Assembly: GCA_963783305.1 (NCBI GenBank)
Contig: CAWAMW010000007.1
Span: forward strand, 96,001-160,000
Length of the DNA stretch: 64,000 bases
Reading direction: 5' to 3'
From: an uncultured Gemmatimonadales bacterium
GTDB lineage: Bacteria; Gemmatimonadota; Gemmatimonadetes; Longimicrobiales; RSA9
The number at the start of each line of letters is the position of its first letter. Position 1 is the first letter of the stretch. Position numbers and translations under genes: made by a program. Shown one piece after another: positions 9,342 through 18,403 of the stretch. The notes beneath the pieces were generated by a model. That model did no database searches, was not told where the DNA came from, and saw only the letters and a program-made list of their open reading frames with translations.

Positions 9342-10033
9342 TGCTCCCTCCCATCCCCCCCGGCTGGCCCCGACTGCAGGAAGAACGGGAGCGAGCGTAC
9401 TTCCGGGAGCTGGAGGCTTTCCTCGACGCGGAATACCGGGAGCGTACGGTCTACCCTCCGCGACCGGACGTCTTCCGCGCGCTCGAATGGACGTCGTTAC
9501 GGAGCGTGCGCGTCGTGCTGCTCGGACAGGACCCCTACCACGGCCCCGGCCAGGCCCACGGCCTCTCCTTCTCGGCTCCGCCGGGGATCGCGCCGCCTCC
9601 ATCGCTCCGCAACATGTTCCGAGAGCTCCACGACGACGTGGGCATCATGCCCCCGGACCACGGCACGCTCACCCCGTGGGCGCGACGTGGTGTGCTCCTG
9701 CTGAACGCGGTGCTCACCGTCAGGGAAGGCGAGGCGGGCTCGCACGCGGGCGCGGGCTGGGAGACCTTCACCGACGCGGTCCTCCAGCGTGTCGTCGCAA
9801 AGCAGAACCGGGTCGTCTTTCTCCTGCTCGGGAACCAGGCGCGGAGGAAGGCGAGCTCCGTGGACCTCTCCGGCCATGCGGTCGTGGAGGCGTCGCACCC
9901 ATCACCGCTCTCGGCGCACCGAGGGTTCTTCGGCAGCCGGGTCTTCTCACGGACCAATGCGCTGCTGGAGGAGGCGGGCCGGAAGCCGGTGGACTGGTCC
10001 CTTCCGTCCTACCCGTCTGTCCCGATTCCATAG
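9341..10033 (+). CDS. ung: Uracil-DNA glycosylase, family 1
   Basis: GQDPYH, PPSLRN, GVLLLNAVLTV, HPSPLS motifs; ATG overlaps upstream TGA. Confidence 0.96.
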   Translation: MLPPIPPGWPRLQEERERAYFRELEAFLDAEYRERTVYPPRPDVFRALEWTSLRSVRVVLLGQDPYHGPGQAHGLSFSAPPGIAPPPSLRNMFRELHDDVGIMPPDHGTLTPWARRGVLLLNAVLTVREGEAGSHAGAGWETFTDAVLQRVVAKQNRVVFLLLGNQARRKASSVDLSGHAVVEASHPSPLSAHRGFFGSRVFSRTNALLEEAGRKPVDWSLPSYPSVPIP

Positions 10034-10210
10034 GAGCTCCCGCTCACGGCGCCCGCGTCGTTCCAGCCCTCACTCCACGAGGGCGGGAAGTCCTCGGAAC
10101 GCCCGCGCGGCGGAGCAACGCCCGGGATGCAGCGAGCCCGCCGAGTCCCGGCACCGCCACGAGGGGGTGATGGGAGCCCGCCGGGCCCACTCCATCGGTC
10201 CGGCGTCCGA

Positions 10211-10423
10211 TTACATTCCGCCGTCCATGGTGTCCATGTCCATCGTGTCCACCAGCATGGTGTCCATCATCATGGTGTCCATGGTCATGGTATCGGCGGG
10301 CATGGGAGCCGGGGCCGGCTCCTGCAGCTCGACGTCCGTGTCCATCTCGTCGAAGTCATCCTCACCATCATCGGCGCAGGCGGCGAGGCCGAGTATCAGA
10401 CCGAGCGTCAGCAGCTTTTTCAT
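10211..10423 (-). CDS. Small acidic Met-rich lipoprotein (70 aa)
   Basis: Lipobox LAAC; C-terminal DTM repeats; purine-rich SD AGAGG. Confidence 0.7.
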   Translation of the reverse strand: MKKLLTLGLILGLAACADDGEDDFDEMDTDVELQEPAPAPMPADTMTMDTMMMDTMLVDTMDMDTMDGGM

Positions 10424-10566
10424 GGTTTCCTCTTTCCCGGGTTGAAAAGGCGCCGCTGGCCCGTGCCGGACCGGTGGCGGGTCGAGAGTCGACTGGGTGC
10501 CGCAAGAAGTAGGCCCGAGCCGGAGATCGGGGGGGCGTCCCCGTGCCCTGCATGAGGGGGAGCGCG

Positions 10567-11604
10567 TCAGCGTGGCTCACTGGCCGGTCCGCTGGCGGGC
10601 CCCTCCGTTCGGTCTCCGGGCATGGTGCCCGGCTTGCCTTCGGCGGCGTTGTAGTAGTAGCGCATGGTGGGGTAGGCGAGATCGATGTCGTCGTGCTCGG
10701 CGAAACGGGTGAGCACGTCCTCCCAGATGGCCTGCGCGGTTCCACGCCGCCGGCGCGGGTGCGTGAGGTAGCGCATGGTCAGCATGACGCCGCTGTCCTT
10801 GACGGCGGTGTACACGGTGGGGGTGAGGGTGCTGTAGAAGATCATGAACTGGCGGCTGGCCTTGTGCATCTGCTGCTCCGCCTCCTCGACCACCTCGCGG
10901 GCGTGGGTTTCCACCACCTCCGTCAGGATCTCCTTGGCCCGTTTCCAGTTGCTCTCGAACGTGACCAGCACCCCGATCTCGTTCCAGATGTACTGCATGC
11001 CGCGGGTGTAGTTGGCCAGCGGCTCGCGGAAGATGAGGCCGTTCGGAATGTGGATGAGTCGCCCGGTGCTCTGGTCGGCGTCCACCCAGTTCCCGATCTC
11101 GAGCAGAATGAACTGGAAGACCCGCTGGTCGATGACATCACCTGCGTTGTCACCCAGCTGAACCCGGTCGCCGACGACGAACGGTCGGCGCCAGATGATG
11201 AAGAGCCAGCCCCCCAGGTTGACGATGGGGTCGCGCAGGGCGATGGCGAGCCCGGCCGTGAGGAGGCCGAAGAAGGTGGCGAGCTCGCCTACGCCTTCCG
11301 ACCAGACCCGGCCCACGAGAATGACGCCCACCACCACCGAGATGTAGGTGATGGTCTTTCGCCACTTGTAGCGCGACCGCACATCGTCGACCCGCGCCCT
11401 CAGGACCCGCAGCGCGAGTCCGCGCAGGACGATCACCGCTACAATGAGGACGACCGAAAGCAGGAAGTCGGTCTGCGTTTTCGGGCTGAGGCTGGTCCAC
11501 TGCTGGATCGCCGAGGTGACATCGGTGACCGCCGAGTCGGCGGCCTCCTGCGCCTGGCCCAGCGCGCTGGAATCCTGCGGCAGTGAGAAGAACATGGAGC
11601 TCAC
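10567..11604 (-). CDS. MscS-family mechanosensitive channel
   Basis: TM helices followed by RPFVVGDRVQLG..GDVIDQ and IHIPNG; GTG overlaps the upstream stop. Confidence 0.9.
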   Translation of the reverse strand: MSSMFFSLPQDSSALGQAQEAADSAVTDVTSAIQQWTSLSPKTQTDFLLSVVLIVAVIVLRGLALRVLRARVDDVRSRYKWRKTITYISVVVGVILVGRVWSEGVGELATFFGLLTAGLAIALRDPIVNLGGWLFIIWRRPFVVGDRVQLGDNAGDVIDQRVFQFILLEIGNWVDADQSTGRLIHIPNGLIFREPLANYTRGMQYIWNEIGVLVTFESNWKRAKEILTEVVETHAREVVEEAEQQMHKASRQFMIFYSTLTPTVYTAVKDSGVMLTMRYLTHPRRRRGTAQAIWEDVLTRFAEHDDIDLAYPTMRYYYNAAEGKPGTMPGDRTEGPASGPASEPR

Positions 11605-12860
11605 TGTCCCGCCGGGGCGGGGGCCCGGAGCAGGCTCTGCACCGCCTCGAGGCGTCCGTCGATGCCGGCGGCCGGCCGGACCCCGAGCAGCTCCGCCACC
11701 AGCGGGTGTACGTGGACGTTCTCGAAGGCGGGTACCGTGACGTTCGCCCGGAGTCGCGGCCCGCGGGCGAGAAAGATGCCGTGCATGGGCCGCCACGCCG
11801 GGTCCCAGCCGTGGGTCCCTCCGCCGCTCCATGCGCGCCCGTCGCGCCGTCGCAGAACCCAGCCCGGGTCGGCCACGACGACCAGGTCCCCGATCCTCGG
11901 CGACCCGCCGTATTGAAACCGGTCCGGCAGCTCGTGCGGCCTGTAGGCGGTGGTGTGCGCGAGGCCTCCGTTCACGGCCGCCTGGATCTCCATGGCGCGG
12001 GCCGTATCCCCTTCGAGGTAGAGGAAGGCCTGCGTCGTGTTGTTGACGAAGTGGACGTCCTCCAGATCGATGGCGTCATCGAGGTAGACCACGTGGTCGG
12101 TGGGCACCGCCGCCATACCGTGGTCGGAGACCAGAACGAGGTTCACCCGGGGCCCGATGGGAAGGTCGTCGACGCCCTCGACCAGCCGCCCCAGGATCGT
12201 GTCGAGCCGCGCCACCATGGAGTCTACCGCCACGCCGTCGGGTCCGCGCCCGTGGGCGATATGGTCGGGCTCATCGAAATAGAGCATGACGAGCCGGGGT
12301 CGCTCCGGGAGGGGGAGGGAGAGCCAGTGCAGGACCGTGTCCACGCGCGCCTCGTACGGGACCGACCCATCGTACGTCTTGTAGTAGGTGGGTCGGACGC
12401 CGTCGATCTCGGCCTCCGAGCCCACCCAGAAGTAGCTGGCGGTCCTCAGTCCCTGTCGTTCCGCGGTGACCCAGATGGGCTCCCCGCCGTACCACCGCCC
12501 GTCCCGCACCACCGTGGTGTCGCCCAGCCTGTAGGTGGCGTTCAGGGCCGGGTCGTAGAAGGCGTTGTCCACGATCCCGTGGTGCGCCGGGTAGAGCCCC
12601 GTGGCGAGCGAGTAGTGGTTCGGGAAGGTCTTGCTGGGATACCCGGGAATCAGGCCCTCCGCGCGCACGCCCCCACCCGCGATCCGGTCGAAGTACGGGG
12701 TCTCGGCGCGCTCCACCATGTCGTGACGCATGCCATCGAACGAGACCATGACCACGTATCGACCGGTGTCCTCCGGCTCGGAGGCGCGGCCAGGACCCTC
12801 CGTGCTAACGGGAGCGCAGGCCAGGACGAGGGCGATCAGGACGAAGGAAATGCGTGGCAC
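11601..12860 (-). CDS. Alkaline-phosphatase superfamily nucleotide pyrophosphatase/phosphodiesterase (probable lipoprotein)
   Basis: SFDGMR, PSKTFPNHYSLATGLYP, DEPDHIAH, SDHGM, THGWDP motifs; VLAC lipobox. Confidence 0.93.
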   Translation of the reverse strand: MPRISFVLIALVLACAPVSTEGPGRASEPEDTGRYVVMVSFDGMRHDMVERAETPYFDRIAGGGVRAEGLIPGYPSKTFPNHYSLATGLYPAHHGIVDNAFYDPALNATYRLGDTTVVRDGRWYGGEPIWVTAERQGLRTASYFWVGSEAEIDGVRPTYYKTYDGSVPYEARVDTVLHWLSLPLPERPRLVMLYFDEPDHIAHGRGPDGVAVDSMVARLDTILGRLVEGVDDLPIGPRVNLVLVSDHGMAAVPTDHVVYLDDAIDLEDVHFVNNTTQAFLYLEGDTARAMEIQAAVNGGLAHTTAYRPHELPDRFQYGGSPRIGDLVVVADPGWVLRRRDGRAWSGGGTHGWDPAWRPMHGIFLARGPRLRANVTVPAFENVHVHPLVAELLGVRPAAGIDGRLEAVQSLLRAPAPAGQ

Positions 12861-13092
12861 GTACGGCCTTCCGGTATCTCAGGGAAACGCGCGGGCGCCC
12901 CCGTCCGCCGGAGGGGGCGCCGACCGCAGCATCTGGTGGCTACGCTACGGCTCGGCGAGCCGGCACGCAACGCGCCTGCGCGGCGGTCGTGACCCGGGAA
13001 CGGGGCTTGCACGGGTGGTCAGGGTCGCGATGGCCCCGGGCTCCCAGGGTTGTCCGTCTCAATTATCAATGATCCCCTTAACGGGAGGCCGC

Positions 13093-13347
13093 ATGAACGC
13101 GCCAACACGTCGACCGGGCCTCGATCAGTTCTGGGAGAAGGCCGACCGCGCCGACTCCGGACAGCATCCTCTCGAGCGCGAGCTGGATGAGCGGGTCGAT
13201 GCCCTCGCCCGATACCGCCGCCTCATCGCCGAGGCCCAGCAGAACGGCCGCGACGAGGCCGTCGAGATTCTCATGCGGCAGCACGACCGCGAGGCCGCCG
13301 CCGTCGCGCGTCTCCGCGAAGCCCTCGACAACGAAGCCGCTGACTGA
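13093..13347 (+). CDS. Small helical hypothetical protein (84 aa)
   Basis: SD GGGAGG; GC3-rich codons; helix-pair pattern ALARYRRLIAEAQQNG...HDRE. Confidence 0.65.
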   Translation: MNAPTRRPGLDQFWEKADRADSGQHPLERELDERVDALARYRRLIAEAQQNGRDEAVEILMRQHDREAAAVARLREALDNEAAD

Positions 13348-13490
13348 CCGGGCGCACGGCCGCCATCCTCTCTCGACGCCGACCAGCGAGTCGAGTCGAC
13401 CCACCCGTTCCATCTCGACCCCACTCGTTCCAGGTGCACTCAGCAGGATGCTCGCGCGGGCGACTTCATCGCGGCCGCAGCCAACGGATA

Positions 13491-13522
13491 AAGGCCGGGC
13501 CGTCGAGTGACGGCCCGGCCTT
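13491..13522 (-). terminator. Intrinsic terminator-like hairpin after flotillin gene
   Basis: AAGGCCGGGCCGTC-GAGT-GACGGCCCGGCCTT perfect 14-bp stem between convergent genes. Confidence 0.7.
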
Positions 13523-13552
13523 GGTCCCGCTCCCTTCCAGCTGGCCCGATGT

Positions 13553-14887
13553 CTACTTCGCCTTGACCACTTCCCTGGCCACCTGGGCGGCGATGGCATC
13601 CTTGCTGTCCGCGCGGCCGTCCGCGCCAGCCCGCGTGGCGAGGGCGCGGAAGAGGTCCTCCATATCGATGCCGTAGGTGCCGGCCAGGTTCTCCAGCATG
13701 CCCACGGCGCCCTTGACGCGCTGGTTCGCGGCGTTGGCGAGGCCGTGGCCGTCCCCGCCGTCCATGACCACCATGCGTTCCACGGCGATGCCGGCCACGG
13801 CGTCCGCGGTGACGCGCAGGAGCTCGGGGAGCTTCTGGGCCATGAAGACGCGGAACCCTTCGTCGCCGCCGCGGCTGATCTCCGCGAACAGCGCCTCGAG
13901 GGCGGCCGCCTGTGCGCGGCCCTGCTCGATGGTGGGCGCGGCCGCGCCCTTGGCGGCTTCCTCCGCGGCGTGCCGCGCGGCCTCGGCCGGTGCGATCACG
14001 TCGGCCTGGAGCCGGGCCCGCTCCGTCTCGGCGCGCCGGTCCTCGAGCGCTCTCCTGGCCTCGACCTCCGCCTGCTCCGCCGCCACCCGGGCCAGCCGCT
14101 CGGAGGTCTCGCCCTCGCGGTCCAGCTCGGCCTTGCGGACGCGCAGGCGGTTGCCGGCCTCCGCGATGGTGATCTCCGCCTCGGCCTCCGCCACCTCGGC
14201 CTCCCGCTTGTACTCCGCCTGGCGACGGCGCGTCTCGGCCGTGTTCTCCGCCTCGGCCACCTCCGCCTCCTTCTTCACCACCGCGTTCTTCTTCCGGCCG
14301 ATGCTCTCCAGATAGCCGACCTCGTCGGTGACGTTCTGGATCTTCAGGACGTCCAGCTTGAACCCCAGCTTCTTCAGGTCCTCGCCCGCCTCCTCCATGA
14401 GGCTCTCGGCGAACATGAGCCGGTCCTCGTTCACCTGCTCGGGCGTCATCGTGGCCAGCACACCCCGCAGGTTGCCCATGAGCGTCTCGTGGGCCAGCGC
14501 CGCGATCTCTTCGTGCGTCTTCCCCAGCAGGCGCTCCACCGCGTTGTTGAAGTCGGTCTCCGGCTCCGACGCGATCTTGACGTTGGCGATGGCCTGGACG
14601 TTCAGCGGGATGTTGCCCTTGGAGTACGCGTTGGAGACCGTGATCTCCAGCGGGATCGTCTCCAGCGACAGGTGGTCCACCTTCTCCACGATGGGGATCC
14701 GCAGCGTCCGCCCGCCGATGACGTTCCGGTAGCCCACGGCCTGCCCGCTCGACAACGCCCGTTTGCGGCCCGTGATCACCGCCGCCCGGTTCGGCGGAAC
14801 GATGATGATGAGCCGCGCGATGGTGGCGACGATGATCACCATCGCCACGAGTGTGATCAGACCGATGGTCGCGCCGGTTTCTATCAT
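13553..14887 (-). CDS. Flotillin/SPFH domain protein
   Basis: N-terminal TM, SPFH core (GNLRGVLATMTPEQVNEDR, LKIQNVTD), AEA-rich coiled coil. Confidence 0.92.
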   Translation of the reverse strand: MIETGATIGLITLVAMVIIVATIARLIIIVPPNRAAVITGRKRALSSGQAVGYRNVIGGRTLRIPIVEKVDHLSLETIPLEITVSNAYSKGNIPLNVQAIANVKIASEPETDFNNAVERLLGKTHEEIAALAHETLMGNLRGVLATMTPEQVNEDRLMFAESLMEEAGEDLKKLGFKLDVLKIQNVTDEVGYLESIGRKKNAVVKKEAEVAEAENTAETRRRQAEYKREAEVAEAEAEITIAEAGNRLRVRKAELDREGETSERLARVAAEQAEVEARRALEDRRAETERARLQADVIAPAEAARHAAEEAAKGAAAPTIEQGRAQAAALEALFAEISRGGDEGFRVFMAQKLPELLRVTADAVAGIAVERMVVMDGGDGHGLANAANQRVKGAVGMLENLAGTYGIDMEDLFRALATRAGADGRADSKDAIAAQVAREVVKAK

Positions 14888-14900
14888 GATTCCCCCTGCA

Positions 14901-15533
14901 TCAGTGGTCGGCCGGCGGGCTGTCCGCCGGTGTCAGTGCTTCCAGCGGCGAGACCCGCGCGGTCCCACCGTCCATCTCGATCACCAGCACGCTGCGCCAC
15001 TCCTCTGGCGACGGCGCGCTCCCGTCGAACGGCAGTGCCCTGAGCTCGTGCTCCCGGTCCTGCCGCCGGACCACGATCTGCCCGACCTTGCCGGGGCGCA
15101 GCGGCAGCACCACCCGTCCCTCGCAGCCCACGAAGCTGCTCTCTTCCGCCATGAACCCCGCGTCCGTCGCCTTCAGCCAGCCGAACGCCGCCATGGCCAA
15201 GGCCGCCGCCAGCGCGCCCGAACCCGTGGCCGCCGCCGTTACCAGCAGCAGCGGTAGCTCCGGACTCGTAGCCGTCAGGATCCAGCCCACCGCGCCGAAG
15301 CCGAACAGGAAGTAGGTCAGGTTCCGGATCGTAAAGACCTTGAACGCGCCCGCCACGTCCGTGTCGACGTCCGGGTCGGCGTCCACAGCCAGGTCGGTGT
15401 CCAGGTCCAGATCCAGGTCGGTGTCGAGGTCGACGTCCATATCCGCGTCGCCCGCGCCGAACAGGTCGCCCAGCAGCGACAGCGCCAGCAGGCCGCCGCC
15501 CACGATCAGCGAGAAGAGGAAAATCGATGTCAT
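14901..15533 (-). CDS. NfeD/YqiJ-like membrane protein, flotillin partner
   Basis: SD GGAGG; TM segments, acidic DxD linker, C-terminal OB-fold-like VGCEGRVVLP..PGKVGQI; directly upstream of flotillin. Confidence 0.8.
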   Translation of the reverse strand: MTSIFLFSLIVGGGLLALSLLGDLFGAGDADMDVDLDTDLDLDLDTDLAVDADPDVDTDVAGAFKVFTIRNLTYFLFGFGAVGWILTATSPELPLLLVTAAATGSGALAAALAMAAFGWLKATDAGFMAEESSFVGCEGRVVLPLRPGKVGQIVVRRQDREHELRALPFDGSAPSPEEWRSVLVIEMDGGTARVSPLEALTPADSPPADH

Positions 15534-15836
15534 CGGTACCTCCGGTGGTCGTGACTCATGGAGGATACGCGGCCGCCAGGTGGGGGCTTCAAGGGTGCCG
15601 CTGACCAAACCTACATGGGAAACCGGCGTTCTGGCCAGTGCGATTCGTGGCGACGGGGGGTGGGAGTGGACGTTGGAGTCCCTCCGCGCAGCCACGTCGT
15701 CGAATCCGAGTAGGTGGTTGTCCCAACGGACCATTGGGGGACCTCGTACCCGGCCGTAGCTTGAGGTTACCTCCACCGGGCGGCCCGCTCCGGACGAACC
15801 GGGCCGGAACCGTTTTCACCCAAATCGTATTCCCAC

Positions 15837-17000
15837 ATGGCTCTTTCCAAGCGCGGGGTCGGCGTGGTGGTGGTGATCTTCGCGATCGCCGCACTGGGCG
15901 CCGGCGAGTACCTGCGGATCTCGAGCCATGGGGTGTCGGAGGTGGGAGGCTCCGGGGAGGACGGCGCTCCGGTGACGGCCGCGGCCTCGACCTTCTCCAC
16001 GGACGTGGCGATCGCCGTGGAGGGAGCCCCGGTCCAGCGGGGGACGCTGGTCCTGTGGGTCACGGCGTCGGGGCAGGCGGAGGCGTGGCGGCGGGCGGTG
16101 GTCACGGCGGAGGTGGCCGGTCGGGTGGATCGGGTGTCCGTGCGGGAGTCGGATCGCGTGGGCGGCGGGTCCGTCCTGGTGGCGCTGGCCGTGGTGGACA
16201 AGCAGTTGGCGCTGGACGAGGCGCGGGCGGCGCTGCGGGAGGCGGAGGGTCAGTACCGCGAGCAGCTTCTCTTCGATGGCGATCTGGCCGCGGATGTCCG
16301 CCGGGAGCGAGAGGCGGCGGCGCGTCTCAAGAGCGGGCTGGACCGGGCGGAGATCCAGCTGAGGCGGGCGGAGCTCGACCTGGAGCGGACGCGGATCCGG
16401 GCGCCGTTCGCAGGCCGCGTGGCCTCCATCGAGGTTCTGCCCGGGCAGCTGGTGGGGCAGGGGGCCGAGCTCATGACGGTGGTGGACCTGGACCCCATCA
16501 AGGTTCAGGTCCAGGTGCTGGAGGGCGAGCTTCCGCACCTCGAGCCGGGAGGCGCCGCCGAGATCCGGTTCTCAGCGTTCCCGGAGGAAGCGTTCGCCGC
16601 GACGATCGAGACGATCAACCCGCTGGTGGACGAACAGACCCGCACGGCCAGGGTCACCGCGCTGGTCCCGAACCCGGGCGGCCGCATCCTGCCGGGCATG
16701 TACGTGCGGGTGAAGCTCGAAGCGCAGCGTCTGACGGAGCGGGTGCTGGTGCCGCGCGAGGCGATTCTGGAGCGCGACCGTCGCACCATGCTCTTCGTCC
16801 ACGAGGACGGCCGCGCCAAGTGGCGCTATGTCACCACGGGGCTGGAGAACGAGGAGTACGTGGAGATCGTGGAGAGCCCCGAGACCGATATGCTGTCGCC
16901 CGGTGAGACCGTGCTCACGGGCGGTCACTTCACGCTCACGCACGACGCGCGGGTGCGCCTGGTCGAAGACCGCCGGGTCGAGGGCGGTAGGCCGCAGTGA
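15837..17000 (+). CDS. RND efflux periplasmic adaptor (MFP)
   Basis: N-terminal TM; IRAPFAGRV, INPLVDEQTRT, ILPGMYV motifs. Confidence 0.93.
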   Translation: MALSKRGVGVVVVIFAIAALGAGEYLRISSHGVSEVGGSGEDGAPVTAAASTFSTDVAIAVEGAPVQRGTLVLWVTASGQAEAWRRAVVTAEVAGRVDRVSVRESDRVGGGSVLVALAVVDKQLALDEARAALREAEGQYREQLLFDGDLAADVRREREAAARLKSGLDRAEIQLRRAELDLERTRIRAPFAGRVASIEVLPGQLVGQGAELMTVVDLDPIKVQVQVLEGELPHLEPGGAAEIRFSAFPEEAFAATIETINPLVDEQTRTARVTALVPNPGGRILPGMYVRVKLEAQRLTERVLVPREAILERDRRTMLFVHEDGRAKWRYVTTGLENEEYVEIVESPETDMLSPGETVLTGGHFTLTHDARVRLVEDRRVEGGRPQ

Positions 17001-18403
17001 GGCTGCCGCGTGGGGCGCCGACCCTCGCCGCACTCGCGCTCTCGCTCGGGCTGCTGCCGATGGGGCTCCTGTCGCTCACTACGGTCGTCCTCGGAGCGCA
17101 GGAGGCCAGTGCCGCCGAGGCGTTGACGTTCGAGCAGGCCGTGGCGGTGGCGCTGGAGCGCAACCCGGCGTATCTGCGGCAGGTGAACGCGGTGGAGGCG
17201 GCGGAGCACGGGGAGCGGCAGAGCGCGGGCGCGCTTCTGCCGAGCGTGTCGGCGAGCGTCGGGTACCGCGGTTACACATCGCGCAACAAGACGGCGTTCG
17301 ATGAGCTGGGCCGGCCGCTGGAGGAGCCGGATTTCGTGGAGACCACCACCAGCTCGGCGGGGCAGAGCGTGGGGGGTGGTGTGGACCTGCTGAACCTCCA
17401 GAACGTGAGGAGTTGGGGCGCCGCGCGGGCCCAGACGGAGGCGGTGGAGGCACGGGTGGGGCTGGAGGCGGCGCAGCTCCGCACGCAGGTGGGGCGCGCG
17501 TACTACGACGTGGTGCAGCGGGAGCAGCTGGTGGAGGTGGAGGAGCGGACGCTGCGAACCGCGCGGGAGCAGCTGGCGGCGATCCGGGAGCTGCTGCGCA
17601 TCGCCGCGAAGCAGCCCACCGACGTGCTGGGCGCCGAGCTGGACGTGGCGCGGGCCGAGCAGGCGCTCCAGCAGGCCCGGGGCGCCGCGCAGAAGGCGCA
17701 CCTGGCGCTGCGTCAGCGGATGGGCGTCGGGATGGAGCGGCCGTTCGACGTGGTGCGGGCGTTCGTGCCGGTGTTCGACCCGGCCGTGCTGGACGGCGCG
17801 GGGCTGAGCCGCATGGCGCTGGGCGAGAGCGCGCGGATGGCGGAGCAGCGGGCCACGGTGGCGGCGGCGGAGCAGTCGCTGTCGGCGGCGCGCGCGGCGC
17901 GGTACCCGACGCTGAGCGGCACGTACGGCTACAGCCGGGGCACGAGCGCCCGGGACTATGACGCCTTCGGGCAGCTGGACCTGCCGAACTCGAACTGGCA
18001 GTTCGGCCTCAGTGTGGAACTCCCGCTGTTCGATCGGTTCCAGACGTCGGCGGCCATCGGCCGGGCCGCGGTCGAAGCGGAGAACGCTCACGAGACGGAG
18101 CGCGAGGCGGCGCTGACGCTGGAGCAGGAGGTGCGCGCGGCGCTCATCGACCTGGAGAACGCCTACGCCGGCGTGCGGCTGGCGGAGCGGTCGGCGGAGA
18201 TCGCGAGGGAGCGGCTGCGGCAGGGACAGCAGCAGTACCGGCTCGGACGGCTGCAGGACTACACGGCGCTCCAACAGATGATCGACGCCGTGGCCCAGCA
18301 GGAGCGCACCGTTTCGGGCGCCTACTACAACTTCTCCGTAGCGCTGCTCACCCTCGAGGAAAAGGTGGGTGGGCCGGTGGCGGTGCCGGCGGTGGACGGA
18401 TGA
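16997..18403 (+). CDS. TolC-family outer membrane efflux protein
   Basis: LTFEQAVAVALERNP, LPLFDRF; operon context. Confidence 0.9.
   Translation: MRLPRGAPTLAALALSLGLLPMGLLSLTTVVLGAQEASAAEALTFEQAVAVALERNPAYLRQVNAVEAAEHGERQSAGALLPSVSASVGYRGYTSRNKTAFDELGRPLEEPDFVETTTSSAGQSVGGGVDLLNLQNVRSWGAARAQTEAVEARVGLEAAQLRTQVGRAYYDVVQREQLVEVEERTLRTAREQLAAIRELLRIAAKQPTDVLGAELDVARAEQALQQARGAAQKAHLALRQRMGVGMERPFDVVRAFVPVFDPAVLDGAGLSRMALGESARMAEQRATVAAAEQSLSAARAARYPTLSGTYGYSRGTSARDYDAFGQLDLPNSNWQFGLSVELPLFDRFQTSAAIGRAAVEAENAHETEREAALTLEQEVRAALIDLENAYAGVRLAERSAEIARERLRQGQQQYRLGRLQDYTALQQMIDAVAQQERTVSGAYYNFSVALLTLEEKVGGPVAVPAVDG

Noticed and set aside
15534..15836. Possible riboswitch or ncRNA in the 300-bp divergent intergenic region
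   Set aside because: No conserved riboswitch motif recognisable by eye; a covariance-model scan would be needed.
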